A stretch of 64,000 nt of DNA from an archaeon 13_2_20CM_2_53_6 (GCA_001915065.1 MNDT01000006.1:35330-99329); one strand, 5' to 3'; shown: positions 36,442 through 45,817, numbered from the stretch's first letter. Program-made: numbers and translations. The notes: generated by a model from the letters alone, not told the origin.

Positions 36442-37491
36442 TGAACTACTCAGTCTCAACTTCTTCCTATCCAATAAGAAGGCGACTTCTTTGAGCCTTC
36501 TCGACCTAGCCAGTTCTAGCGCGAGATATTGAAACGAAAACGCAGCCTCCAAACCTGCAACCACAGGATCTCTCGCTTGAATGTCCAAGAGGTTGGAATG
36601 AAACCCGTTCTTTGAGAGAACCCGTGACACGTAAGCGGTCTTTCTATCTTGACGCGAAGCCAAACATACTATGTTGTCCCTCGTTTGTAGTGAGAACAGC
36701 TTTGAGTGGCCAAGTTGCTCGGTCTGTGCATAGTCCGCGGGGTTTCCAAGAACCTCGTGGATTTTGAAGGAGCCATAGGCAGACAGAGCATAACCGAACT
36801 CGGAGCCCACGAATAAGAATCCTCCTCGAGGAACCGTCCTCAAACCGCGTGCCCACTGCTTCGCACGTGCCTCAGCCTTGTCAAGATCGCGGAGTCTTGG
36901 AAGAGTTCTGGTTCTGGAAGCGAGAGCGAGAAGGCTCGTCGTGAAGCTCACCGTCCCAGACGTGACAGGTCCTAGTAATCTGCTGGGTAGGGGAAGAGTC
37001 TCGTCACATTCCTTTGCTAGTGGACTTGCCGGGTTCGCTGTCACAGCAACCCGCTTCCTCGCCAGCCGTTTGATCCGTCTTGCCAGTCGGAGATTAGCCC
37101 TAGTTCTGCCGCTTACAGATGTTATGAAAACAGTCTTGCCAATAGCCAGTTCTGGATATTGCTGAAGCTCGTAAGGGTCAGCGGCGCGAGCCAGTCCTCT
37201 TGAGAGGTAGCTTGCAAAGAGCGAGCATGCGAATGAGTCTCCCGACCCGGTGAAGATCATGTCAGAAGGACGTTGTAGATGTCCGCCTTGTGCTCCAATC
37301 TCGTTGGCGAAGACTCGGAGCTCTTCAACCTGGCCCCGTAGCTGTTCCTCCATTACTTCGAGCGAAGAGCTTCTACTCAGCCTTCTCTTCTCTCTGTCTA
37401 TAGACCCCACCGGAGTAGGTCCATTTCTTGCCGCACTCTTTACACTCAAGATTGAATCCCGTCCGCCATCCGTCTGAGCTTCGTATCTCAC
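36430..37491 (-). CDS. SIS (sugar isomerase) two-domain protein
   Basis: IFTGSGDSFACSLFASYL, FITSVSGRTRANLRLA, and a second SIS-like half. The probable start is ATG 37353 (MEEQLRG). Confidence 0.7.
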   Translation of the reverse strand: MRYEAQTDGGRDSILSVKSAARNGPTPVGSIDREKRRLSRSSSLEVMEEQLRGQVEELRVFANEIGAQGGHLQRPSDMIFTGSGDSFACSLFASYLSRGLARAADPYELQQYPELAIGKTVFITSVSGRTRANLRLARRIKRLARKRVAVTANPASPLAKECDETLPLPSRLLGPVTSGTVSFTTSLLALASRTRTLPRLRDLDKAEARAKQWARGLRTVPRGGFLFVGSEFGYALSAYGSFKIHEVLGNPADYAQTEQLGHSKLFSLQTRDNIVCLASRQDRKTAYVSRVLSKNGFHSNLLDIQARDPVVAGLEAAFSFQYLALELARSRRLKEVAFLLDRKKLRLSSSLIY

Positions 37492-37788
37492 CTGTGATAA
37501 CTAGCTCTCCTTGGCATGAGCATCGGGGAACTATTCTCGACAGAGAACTCACTTATCCAGCTCCACTAGTACAGACGCTTCAGGTCTCCTCCGCGTCCTA
37601 TTCGTAACAAATATCCTGCTCCAATCGCAAAGTCTCGAAAAAGTGTGCGGGGAGTCCCGCGCAGAGGCGGTATTCTTATATGCCTTGCCCCTTGCCCCGT
37701 ACCACATGGGAGTTCGAAGGATCCGAGGATCGTAAAATCCAGGATATTCGAAAACCCGGTAGCGTGAAGAAAAATATCGTATAAGGTC

Positions 37789-38004
37789 ATGGTGGCCTTC
37801 GGCGAACAGACATTCACTTTACTTAGCGAAGAGGCACGAGCACGTGGAATAACCATCCAGGAGCTTCTCCGAGCCGTAGTCATACCAGACTGGTTCAAAG
37901 CCAAGTACGAACCAATCCCCAGACACAATCCGATCTCGGAGAGAAGGGTGAGAGAAGAGGAGCCCGTACCGCCGAATTCCCTCTCCAACAAGCTCAGATA
38001 CTAG
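37789..38004 (+). CDS. Small ribbon-helix-helix protein, paralog of 8230..8424
   Basis: TFTLLSEEARARGITIQELLRAVVIPDW shares the RGxTxQELLRAVxxPDW block with ORF 8230..8424. Confidence 0.5.
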   Translation: MVAFGEQTFTLLSEEARARGITIQELLRAVVIPDWFKAKYEPIPRHNPISERRVREEEPVPPNSLSNKLRY

Positions 38005-38292
38005 TTCCAGCTGCCACATTCCTTCTTTTTCACTCTAATCGAAGCATTGTTCTTCCATGACTCTATCTGCTAACGAATCTTGCCCGTATAGTTCCAAGCA
38101 ATATGCGAAAACGTCCAATCACGACGGGTATCGTCGTAAACCCTTCGACATGCAGAATAACAGCGGAATGGCGAATCCCAACATGTTTGCCGTCAGAACT
38201 TTGCGTCGAGCCTTCTCCAGCCCCTCTGTTAGTCCAGTCGGGCAAGTAACAACGAGTCTCGGTATGACCCCTCGTTGATCTCGACAAGAAGG

Positions 38293-38448
38293 TTGTGTCC
38301 GATGTGTAAATCGGAGAGAATCTCACTCTGGATGGGAGGATATACTGGGGCAATGTACCGGTGTCCGGACTGCGGTTACGTGGGACCGCTAGTCATAGAG
38401 ACGAGCGACGACGTGCCGAGAAATGAAGACAAAGACGATCAGGAATAA
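38293..38448 (+). CDS. Small four-cysteine zinc-ribbon protein (below the ORF-track size cut-off)
   Basis: Hand translation gives (M)CPMCKSERISLWMGGYTGAMYRCPDCGYVGPLVIETSDD, stop TAA 38446-38448. Two CxxC knuckles. Start is TTG 38293 or ATG 38302. Confidence 0.45.
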   Translation: MCPMCKSERISLWMGGYTGAMYRCPDCGYVGPLVIETSDDVPRNEDKDDQE

Positions 38449-38505
38449 CAGTACGTCTTGTAAGAAGTTCTCAAGCCGATTCCGACGACGAACGATAGGT
38501 TCTCT

Positions 38506-39708
38506 TCAGATGAGAGCCATTTCTCTGCCCGCCTTTTCAAACGCGTCAATAGCCTCATCAAGATCCTTCTTGGTGTGCGCGCTGGTCACTATGGTTCTGA
38601 TTCTTGCTTTATCCTTCGCGACCATCGGGTAGACGATCGGGAGGACGAAGACGCCTAGCTTGAACATGCTGTCAGCAAGTTTGCGGGCTTTTCCGCTTTC
38701 GCCGACAATCACTGGGGTTATTGGAGTCTCGCTGTTTCCAGTGTCAAACCCGAGATCCTTCAATCCTTTCTTGAAATAGCGCGTGTTGTCCCAGAGCTTC
38801 TTCACAAGCCCAGGGCTCCTCTGCACCAGCTGGATCGCAGCAATGCAAGCACCCGGCACAGAAGGCGGCTGGGACCCAGACAGGAGATAGCTGCGCACCT
38901 TGTTCTGAAGATAACTGCACAGAACCGTCGATCCGACAACGTAACCGCCAACGCAGCCGAATGCTTTCGAGAATGTTCCCATGTCAACATCTACCTTGCC
39001 CTCTAGGTGGAAATGGTTGGTGATTCCGCGTCCGTTTTCTCCCAATACTCCATCGCCATGAGCGTCATCAACATATGTAATTGCTTGGCGCTCCTTGGCC
39101 AGGTCCACTATTTGCTTTAACGGTGCTATGTCGCCGTCCATGCTGAATACTCCGTCCGTGATGATGAGCACTCTTCGAAAATGGTCCGTGTCCTGTAGCT
39201 GCTTCTCTAGGTCATTCATGTCTTTGTGTTTGTAGACGCGCCTCGCAGCTTTCGTCATCCGACAGCCGTCGATTATGCTTCCGTGATTCAGTTCATCACT
39301 GACTATCAAGTCCCGCTCATCAACTAGGGAGAAGATCGTCCCTGCGTTGGTGGCGTAGCCTGACTGGAACGTGATCGAAGCCTCCGCGCGGCGATAATCA
39401 GCCAGAACCTTCTCTAGTTTCAGGTGCAGGTCCATCGTCCCAGCAATAACTCGAACAGAACCTGAGCCTGCTCCGTACTTTCTTGTCGCTGCAATCGCGG
39501 CCTGTTTCAGCTTGGGATGATTTGCCAATCCGAGATAGTTGTTGGAACACAATACCAGCACGTTCTTGCCATCAACCTTCGCGCGAGGCGCCGAAGGGCT
39601 CTGGAGCGTCCGAATCCGCCAGAGAAGATCGTCCCTATCGAGACCTTCCAGTTCACTCCGAAGACTATCAAGAAGCGGCTCCCTCTGTAGCCCTGATTGT
39701 TGGCTCAT
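38506..39708 (-). CDS. kbl: 2-amino-3-ketobutyrate CoA ligase (glycine C-acetyltransferase)
   Basis: Alpha-oxoamine synthase family with the PLP lysine in GTFSKAFG and DDAHGDGVLG. Divergent from tdh. Probable start at ATG 39708; the ORF track extends to 39849. Confidence 0.85.
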   Translation of the reverse strand: MSQQSGLQREPLLDSLRSELEGLDRDDLLWRIRTLQSPSAPRAKVDGKNVLVLCSNNYLGLANHPKLKQAAIAATRKYGAGSGSVRVIAGTMDLHLKLEKVLADYRRAEASITFQSGYATNAGTIFSLVDERDLIVSDELNHGSIIDGCRMTKAARRVYKHKDMNDLEKQLQDTDHFRRVLIITDGVFSMDGDIAPLKQIVDLAKERQAITYVDDAHGDGVLGENGRGITNHFHLEGKVDVDMGTFSKAFGCVGGYVVGSTVLCSYLQNKVRSYLLSGSQPPSVPGACIAAIQLVQRSPGLVKKLWDNTRYFKKGLKDLGFDTGNSETPITPVIVGESGKARKLADSMFKLGVFVLPIVYPMVAKDKARIRTIVTSAHTKKDLDEAIDAFEKAGREMALI

Positions 39709-39850
39709 GGCTAGATGAACCTCCTCGCGAGCTATGTAAAACGCTTTACGACCCGATGAGAAGACAAGCACATCTCGGATTGGCAATAATGTTTTACACC
39801 TCATCATAACGCGCGTGGAAGCGAGTCCGAGGAACCTGTCAAGAGACAAG

Positions 39851-40915
39851 ATGCACGCTGTCGTGAAGACCTCGCCGGGTCCCGGAGCGGTTTACGAGCC
39901 CTGGCCTTATCCGACAAAACCCGGTCTTCGAGATATTCTGGTCCGGGTCGAAGCAACATCGATCTGCGGCACCGACATGCAGATCTATGACTGGCACGAA
40001 CTCATGGCCCACCGCGTCAAACCTCCCCTGGTGATGGGTCACGAGTTTGCGGGAAAAATTGTCGAAGCAGGTAAAGAGGTCTCGGACCTTAGAGAAGGAG
40101 ACATTGTCTCTGGAGAGACCCACATCAACTGTGGAAAATGTTTCCAGTGTCGCACCGGTAATGGTCACATCTGTGAAAGAATGCTTCTACGAGGGGTCGA
40201 TACTGATGGTTGCTTTGCCGAGTATCACATGCTCCACGAGCAGAGTGCCTGGCTAAACGACAAGAAAATTCCGATCGAGACGGCTTCTGCTCAAGAACCT
40301 CTCGGCAACGCTGTGCATGCAGCGTCCGCGGCGGAGATTCCGGGAAACAAAGTCGCCATCTTTGGTTGCGGGCCGATCGGAGCCTGTCTCATCGGACTAT
40401 GCAAGTCATTCGGCGCGAGCAAGATCTTCGGCGTCGACATAGTCGACTATCGCCTGAACTTGGCAAAGAACATGGGGGGAGATGTTCTCATCAATGGATC
40501 GCAAGAGAATGTCGTAAAAAGAATCATGGATTCGACAGATGGTCGAGGCGTCGATGTATTCTTCGAGATGTCTGGCGCCCCTCCCTCATTCGAGGAGGGA
40601 TTCAAGGTCCTACGGCCCGGGGGAACCGCGATACTGTTCGGACTCCCAGCGAAGAACGTCGAGATGGACATTGCAAACTGGATAGTCTTCAAGGACGCTC
40701 ACATCCGCGGCGTCTTCGGGCGTCGACTCTGGAATACATGGTACAAAACGGCGGAGGTCTTGAAAGCGGGAGAAGTTGATCTTTCTAAAGTGATAACTCA
40801 CAGGTTCGCTCTGGAGGAGTTTGCGGAAGCATTCACTCTCATGAAATCAGGTCATTCCGGAAAAATCGTCATGTATCCCAACAGAAACCTCCTTCCAACT
40901 AACCGTCAGAGCTGA
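39851..40915 (+). CDS. tdh: L-threonine 3-dehydrogenase (zinc alcohol dehydrogenase family)
   Basis: SICGTDMQIY, GHEFAG, structural zinc CGKCFQCRTGNGHIC, Rossmann motif FGCGPIG, and pairing with kbl. Confidence 0.85.
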   Translation: MHAVVKTSPGPGAVYEPWPYPTKPGLRDILVRVEATSICGTDMQIYDWHELMAHRVKPPLVMGHEFAGKIVEAGKEVSDLREGDIVSGETHINCGKCFQCRTGNGHICERMLLRGVDTDGCFAEYHMLHEQSAWLNDKKIPIETASAQEPLGNAVHAASAAEIPGNKVAIFGCGPIGACLIGLCKSFGASKIFGVDIVDYRLNLAKNMGGDVLINGSQENVVKRIMDSTDGRGVDVFFEMSGAPPSFEEGFKVLRPGGTAILFGLPAKNVEMDIANWIVFKDAHIRGVFGRRLWNTWYKTAEVLKAGEVDLSKVITHRFALEEFAEAFTLMKSGHSGKIVMYPNRNLLPTNRQS

Positions 40916-40926
40916 CGATCGGTCGC

Positions 40927-41451
40927 TTAGGAGACTAGGCCTTTCTTTTCCAGGCTCTCGAAGGCGATTCTAAACCAAGGCGTGTACCTGTCTGGGTGCT
41001 TTTCTAGGTCTTCCCTGAGTTTGGTTGGAGTGGTCCATTTCCAGTCATCAATCTCTTCCGGGTTTGGCTTTGGGACGCCGTCAAATTTTCCGGTGAACAC
41101 ATGATCGAACTCGTGCTCGGTAAGCTTGCTCTCGGGGTCTGTCGCTTTGTAGATGAAGCTAAACGCCTCGTCTAGGTTTGTGTCGAATCCGAACTCTTGC
41201 TTCAGTTTTCTGTGTGCCGCCTGTTCGAGTTCTTCGCCTTTTCGTGGGTGGCTGCAGCAGGGATTAGTCCAAAGGTTGCGAAAATGGTGCTTGGCTTTCG
41301 CCCGGAGTTGAAGCAGGACTTCTCCCTTGGAGTTGAAGACGAATATTGAGAATGCCCTGTGAAGTTTGCCGCCGTTGCTATGTGCGCTTATCTTTTCTTC
41401 GTATCCGATGGGACGGTCTTTCTCATCTACAAGGATCACTGTTTCGGTCAT
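40927..41451 (-). CDS. idi: Isopentenyl-diphosphate delta-isomerase, type 1 (Nudix fold)
   Basis: LHRAFSIFVFNSKGEVLLQLRAKAKHHFRNLWTNPCCSHP and LTEHEFDHVF. Confidence 0.85.
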   Translation of the reverse strand: MTETVILVDEKDRPIGYEEKISAHSNGGKLHRAFSIFVFNSKGEVLLQLRAKAKHHFRNLWTNPCCSHPRKGEELEQAAHRKLKQEFGFDTNLDEAFSFIYKATDPESKLTEHEFDHVFTGKFDGVPKPNPEEIDDWKWTTPTKLREDLEKHPDRYTPWFRIAFESLEKKGLVS

Positions 41452-41525
41452 GGTACTTCTCGTCCCGTATGTCTATCTCGATTTAGGAGTGTCACATATT
41501 TACGGGTGAGTGTACGGGTGCCACA

Positions 41526-41843
41526 CTATCGCTTCTTTGGAACTATGGCTTGAGCTTCTTTCTGTCTGTTTTTCAGGATCTCGCCAGCTATGTTCTTCAA
41601 TACTACGGGTCTCGGTCCTGTTTTCTTGATAGCGACGTAGCCAGTCTTCTCCCAGGGAGACTTGGACAGAGCAGCTTTCTCCGTAGTCTCGGGCGAATAT
41701 CCGAGGGTCATGGCGGCCTGCCAGACTTCCTTCGTGCTGGGCTGTTTGACTGCTCGCGAGACGGGTAGCCTGCGTCCTTCGCCTCTCGTCTTCGAGCTAT
41801 CGAGGTGTGCTGGCCATACTATGAGAAATCCGGGGCGCTTCAA
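41526..41843 (-). CDS. srp19: Signal recognition particle protein SRP19
   Basis: IVWPAHLDSSKTRGEGRRLPVSRAVKQPSTKEV is typical of archaeal SRP19. Confidence 0.85.
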   Translation of the reverse strand: MKRPGFLIVWPAHLDSSKTRGEGRRLPVSRAVKQPSTKEVWQAAMTLGYSPETTEKAALSKSPWEKTGYVAIKKTGPRPVVLKNIAGEILKNRQKEAQAIVPKKR

Positions 41844-41865
41844 CCGCCCGACCTCTTCGCTCCAG

Positions 41866-42261
41866 TTACTTTTGGGTTTTCTCTAAGAGAATTGCATTGA
41901 TTACCCCGTCTTGTCCCGGACGCGATGTTACTCTTGCCTGGCCGAGTTCCGTCTCAACGATTGCTCCTTTCGTTATGACGCCCCTCCTCTGATAGTCCAC
42001 GTTCGCAGGGTTTCTGATGACTCGGAGAAGTTTAGACTTTGAGGTCTTACCAGAGGTTTTGTCTGTCACGACGGCCGAGTCGGCGGCGGCGAGACGGACT
42101 TTCAAGCCTCCACCGCGGGTCCCGACCCATCTCTTCTTCGCAGGACCAAGGGTCGTCTCGGTCGGCTCTGAGCCTGCTTCGTAGGCTCGTTTTCCCCTCC
42201 ATGCACGCTTGGTTCCTCCGGTGGGTTTTTTCTTGTATTGGCTACCATGACTCTGGGGCAT
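41866..42261 (-). CDS. rps8e: 30S ribosomal protein eS8
   Basis: MPQSHGSQYKKKPTGGTKRAWRGKR, RVIRNPANVDYQRRGVITKGAIVET and RVTSRPGQDGVINAILLE. Start taken at the internal ATG 42261. Confidence 0.9.
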   Translation of the reverse strand: MPQSHGSQYKKKPTGGTKRAWRGKRAYEAGSEPTETTLGPAKKRWVGTRGGGLKVRLAAADSAVVTDKTSGKTSKSKLLRVIRNPANVDYQRRGVITKGAIVETELGQARVTSRPGQDGVINAILLEKTQK

Positions 42262-42420
42262 TGAACACTGCCGGAGATGGGCTGGGGCTCTGGCATAATT
42301 AACCGTTCCTCCAAGGAACTGTCGCAGATAGAATCTTTGCGGTTTTTGTCGCCGAAGTAACCGAATCTTTATCTGTTCGGGCCCGCTCTCGCCTTTCAAA
42401 TTCGAGGCGCATGCGAGAGA

Positions 42421-42636
42421 ATGCCGAACTATTGCTTAGAGTGCGGTGGCAACCTAAGTTACGACTCCGCAATCAAGCAATATGCGTGCAAGAGTTGCGG
42501 ACTGACGTTCACACAGCAGGATCTTCTTCAGGGTCGTGAAAAAATGTTTCAGAGCCAAGAGACAGTGGACGAAGAGAAGAAACGCCGCCAGAAAGAGTAT
42601 CTTAAATGGTGGCTAAGCGACAAGAAGAAACCCTAG
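42421..42636 (+). CDS. Zinc-ribbon protein with a basic/acidic C-terminal helix
   Basis: CLECGGNLSYDSAIKQYACKSCG (two CxxC pairs) followed by a charged helix. Confidence 0.5.
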   Translation: MPNYCLECGGNLSYDSAIKQYACKSCGLTFTQQDLLQGREKMFQSQETVDEEKKRRQKEYLKWWLSDKKKP

Positions 42637-42920
42637 TAATCCACGGTAGCAACAAGTCCGTGTTATCAGCAGGGTCAGCCACAGGCCTTATTCCCGATCC
42701 ATTCCCGACTCGTACCTGAACCACCCTGGTCCGCTCAAAACCGAACAGCATCGTTGATGTTATTCTTGAAGGCTGGAGGCGCGGAGCCCGGGGGCCTCTA
42801 CCCCAAATAAGCGCTCTTCAACTTCTCAGTGCACTCGTTCTAATCGAACGGGAAGGACCGCTTGGAAGGAGAGCTCTCTCCCAGGCGCTCCACATCAAAG
42901 ACGGCATAGCTCGAGGACTG

Positions 42921-43373
42921 ATGGAAAGGCTTGCTGAGAGCAAGGTCGTTTCAGTTACCGAGACTGGGGTCCAGCTTTCCAAACTGGGAAAGCAAAGCCT
43001 TCACAAGCTTCTCCGCCAACTATCCATCAAGAAGATCCTCCCTCTCCCAGAGTCGGATCTCGTCATAGGCAGCGCGGCGATGAGCATACACGTCATCGGA
43101 GCATATAGGCCGGGCATGACAGGAGTCCCTCAGAGGGACGAAGCAATCAAAGCAGGTGCCGAAGGCACAATCACCGTAGCGGCGATGGGTAGAAAACTGG
43201 TAATTCCTCCAGACAACAAAAACCTCGCCGTTCTCGCTCCCAGGGAGAACGCTCGCCTCCGTGAGGGGTTTGAACCATCAGACAAGGATCTCGTAGTAAT
43301 CGGATTTGGGAAAGACTCGTCACGTGCGCTCGCCGGGGCCCTCGCAGCCGTCCTTTCTCTTCAAGAACGGTAG
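42921..43373 (+). CDS. Hypothetical protein. A winged-helix-like N-terminal region is encoded upstream of the first canonical start.
   Basis: The frame is open from 42720. Upstream codons read ...QISALQLLSALVLIEREGPLGRRALSQALHIKDGIARGLMERL (wHTH-like), but there is no ATG/GTG/TTG between 42720 and 42921. Confidence 0.5.
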   Translation: MERLAESKVVSVTETGVQLSKLGKQSLHKLLRQLSIKKILPLPESDLVIGSAAMSIHVIGAYRPGMTGVPQRDEAIKAGAEGTITVAAMGRKLVIPPDNKNLAVLAPRENARLREGFEPSDKDLVVIGFGKDSSRALAGALAAVLSLQER

Positions 43374-43403
43374 GGGCGAGTCTCGTCGAGAAAGAAGGAT
43401 TCC

Positions 43404-44192
43404 GTGGAGCCTACCGGCGAGATCATATCCATCGGGAACGAGCTCCTGATAGGACACACGCTAGACACGAACTCGCATTGGCTCGCGATACAGCTCAACC
43501 GTCGCGGATGGGTCCTTCAGCGAGTCACACAATTACGAGACTCGCTAGACTCGATAGCGTCCGGAGTCCGTGAAGCGGTTCTGAGAAAACCTCTCGTTCT
43601 CATAACCCTTGGAGGTCTGGGTCCGACCTATGACGACATGACACTCGCCGGGATAGCTCGAGCTCTCCACAAGCCTCTGAGATTGAACACAGAAGCCCTA
43701 CGGCTCGTGGAAGAGCACTATCGCAGACTCGAGACCCGGCCCAAGCTCACGAAGTATCGGACGAAGATGGCTACACTTCCCCGAGGCGCCACGCCCCTGC
43801 CGAATCCTGTTGGCACGGCTCCAGGCGTGAGGATGAAGCAATCATCCACGACGATATTCTCCCTGCCAGGTGTGCCGTCTGAGATGAAGGCGATCTTCCG
43901 AACCTCGATTGCGCCATTCCTCACAACGTTCGGGGTGAACCGCCCAAGAGAGTTTCAGTTCAAGATCGCGGGCATCATAGAGTCCGCTCTGGCCCCGATT
44001 CTCGACGAGGCTCGTCGAGCATATCCTGGACTGTACTTTAAGTCTCATCCTAGAGGAAGGGAGACTGGACCCAGGCCGCTGATCCTGCTTCACATATACA
44101 GTACTCGACCTGGGTCGGTGGAGGAGGTTGCCCGAGCTGCGGGGCATGTCATTCAGCGGATTTCTGGTTCAATCAGAAAGGAACGCTTGTGA
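43404..44192 (+). CDS. CinA-like / MoaB-MogA-type molybdopterin-binding domain protein
   Basis: EIISIGNELLIGHTLDTNSHWLAIQL and ITLGGLGPTYDDMT. Confidence 0.7.
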   Translation: MEPTGEIISIGNELLIGHTLDTNSHWLAIQLNRRGWVLQRVTQLRDSLDSIASGVREAVLRKPLVLITLGGLGPTYDDMTLAGIARALHKPLRLNTEALRLVEEHYRRLETRPKLTKYRTKMATLPRGATPLPNPVGTAPGVRMKQSSTTIFSLPGVPSEMKAIFRTSIAPFLTTFGVNRPREFQFKIAGIIESALAPILDEARRAYPGLYFKSHPRGRETGPRPLILLHIYSTRPGSVEEVARAAGHVIQRISGSIRKERL

Positions 44193-44224
44193 CAATCGCT
44201 GAGAACGCTATAGAAGTCTTGATT

Positions 44225-45778
44225 TTATTCGCTGGCCACTTCGACCAGTTCGTCTGCTGATCGGTTGCTCAACTCGGCGAGGTTCATGATTCCCCCGGTC
44301 AGGCTCTGGGCCACCACACCCGTCTTTGTCAGTATCTCTGCGGCCCGGAGGGAAGTGCCACCTACCATGCACACCAGAAGGGTCCTTGACCTACCCTTGG
44401 GGAGGAGTTCGCTGATTCCTTCAGGGATAGCCTCGCGCACAATTAGTGCTTGAACGTCTTGCACCTTCGCAACCTTCACCTTGTCTTTATCGCAGCCGAG
44501 GGTCGAGGCTACGAGCTCGATGCCCGCCTCTCTGGGCACAAACATTGCATGAGTCCAGATAACCCGCTCGTAGCTTGATGCATTGGAGGTTACTGCATCG
44601 ACGTTTGTCTCCAGGCTGTCAGGAATCCCAGTCGGGACCTCGAGCCTTCTTATGTACTTCTGCGGACCGTCGGCTATGATGACTACGAACTTGTTACCTG
44701 CGCCGTAGTTTATCATCTGCAGGCATGAGTACAAAGCCAGCGCGCCGCTCTCCCCGATCCCGTATCCTCTGCCAGCGAAGAATTTGAGAAGTCGCTTTGC
44801 GGCTTCAAAATCGACCTCGTGCTCCCCACCATACAATTCGGGCTGGTAGAACCTTAGCCCGGCCGCCTTGTCCTTTGTTCTAATCCCGGCAACTTCTTGG
44901 TCGAGGAGGGGGAAGACGACATGCACGGATTTGCGCCTGTACTTCGTCTGGACGTATCTTGCAATTCCGGTTGATGTCCCGCCGGTTCCGAATGCGGTTA
45001 GTATCTCGAACTGGTCCATTGAGTGTCCTTGAGCTTTGAGCTGCTCGTCGATCTCGGCAGCCGTAATGGTTTCGTGAGATTTTACGTTCAGCTCGTTGTC
45101 GTACTGTTCCGGGCAGAACCCGTCATAGATTCTGGCCAGGAGCTTTGCCAGGTTGATGATGTCCTGTTTTGCGAGCAGGTCTTCCGCCTGGGATCGTGCC
45201 CCGTCGAAGGTTCGAACGTCCAGTCCTGTTTGAGACAGCTGGTCGCGAAGGTTTGAGGCAGCGGCTTTCGCCATTACCGTGTTCTGGTCGACTTTGAGCC
45301 CGGGCGCTGGGCATATGTCAACATCTAGGTTGATGGATCGCACTCCCTGGCCCTTGAGCTCGTCTAGTACGCCGCCTTGGAGCCTCCTTGAGACGAGAGC
45401 GATTACTTCGATTCCAAGATTTCTAGCCATCCCGAGGGCAAGTCCGAAATTGCCCGAGGTGGCTTCGAAGATCGTCTGACCGGTCCTGAGCTTTCCGGTG
45501 CGAATAGCGTTCCTGAGGATCTCCACTGCCGGGCGGACCTTGACGGAGCCGCCGAATATCTGTGAGTCGAACTTGGCGAAGACACGGGACGTCTCCGTCG
45601 GGAGGCTGAGTCCGTACTCGACCCTGGCGCACTCGGACAATGTACCCGTAATATCGACTAACGGAGTGGGATTGGCAATATGACCCGACTGGGACGAGTG
45701 GGGCGTCTTGTTCCAGATCTCCTTGTCGAATCTGGCGAGTAGGTCTTTGTCGATATTCGGTGCCAGAGCCTCTTGCAA
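44225..45778 (-). CDS. PLP-dependent cysteine synthase/CBS-family enzyme fused to a C-terminal rhodanese-like domain
   Basis: PLP lysine in FGGSVKVRPA, SGNFGLALG, FGTGGTSTG, and a C-terminal LLVCMVGGTSLRAAEIL (rhodanese-type Cys loop). Confidence 0.7.
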   Translation of the reverse strand: MQEALAPNIDKDLLARFDKEIWNKTPHSSQSGHIANPTPLVDITGTLSECARVEYGLSLPTETSRVFAKFDSQIFGGSVKVRPAVEILRNAIRTGKLRTGQTIFEATSGNFGLALGMARNLGIEVIALVSRRLQGGVLDELKGQGVRSINLDVDICPAPGLKVDQNTVMAKAAASNLRDQLSQTGLDVRTFDGARSQAEDLLAKQDIINLAKLLARIYDGFCPEQYDNELNVKSHETITAAEIDEQLKAQGHSMDQFEILTAFGTGGTSTGIARYVQTKYRRKSVHVVFPLLDQEVAGIRTKDKAAGLRFYQPELYGGEHEVDFEAAKRLLKFFAGRGYGIGESGALALYSCLQMINYGAGNKFVVIIADGPQKYIRRLEVPTGIPDSLETNVDAVTSNASSYERVIWTHAMFVPREAGIELVASTLGCDKDKVKVAKVQDVQALIVREAIPEGISELLPKGRSRTLLVCMVGGTSLRAAEILTKTGVVAQSLTGGIMNLAELSNRSADELVEVASE

Positions 45779-45808
45779 TCTCTTCTGAGGAATTCCAGGG
45801 GATACGGC

Positions 45809-45817
45809 TTTATATAA
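45809..45817 (+). promoter_or_regulatory. Candidate TATA box (TTTATATAA) for a leaderless transcript starting at ATG 45838
   Basis: A strong TATA-like element centred about 25 nt upstream of the in-frame ATG 45838. Confidence 0.4.

Noticed and set aside
37566-38353. ORFs 37566..37991 (-), 37819..38019 (-), 38057..38278 (+) and 38063..38353 (-)
   Set aside because: They overlap, or compete with, the RHH paralog, whose conserved block is duplicated at 8230..8424. Their translations are low-complexity, so the region 38005-38292 is left unannotated.
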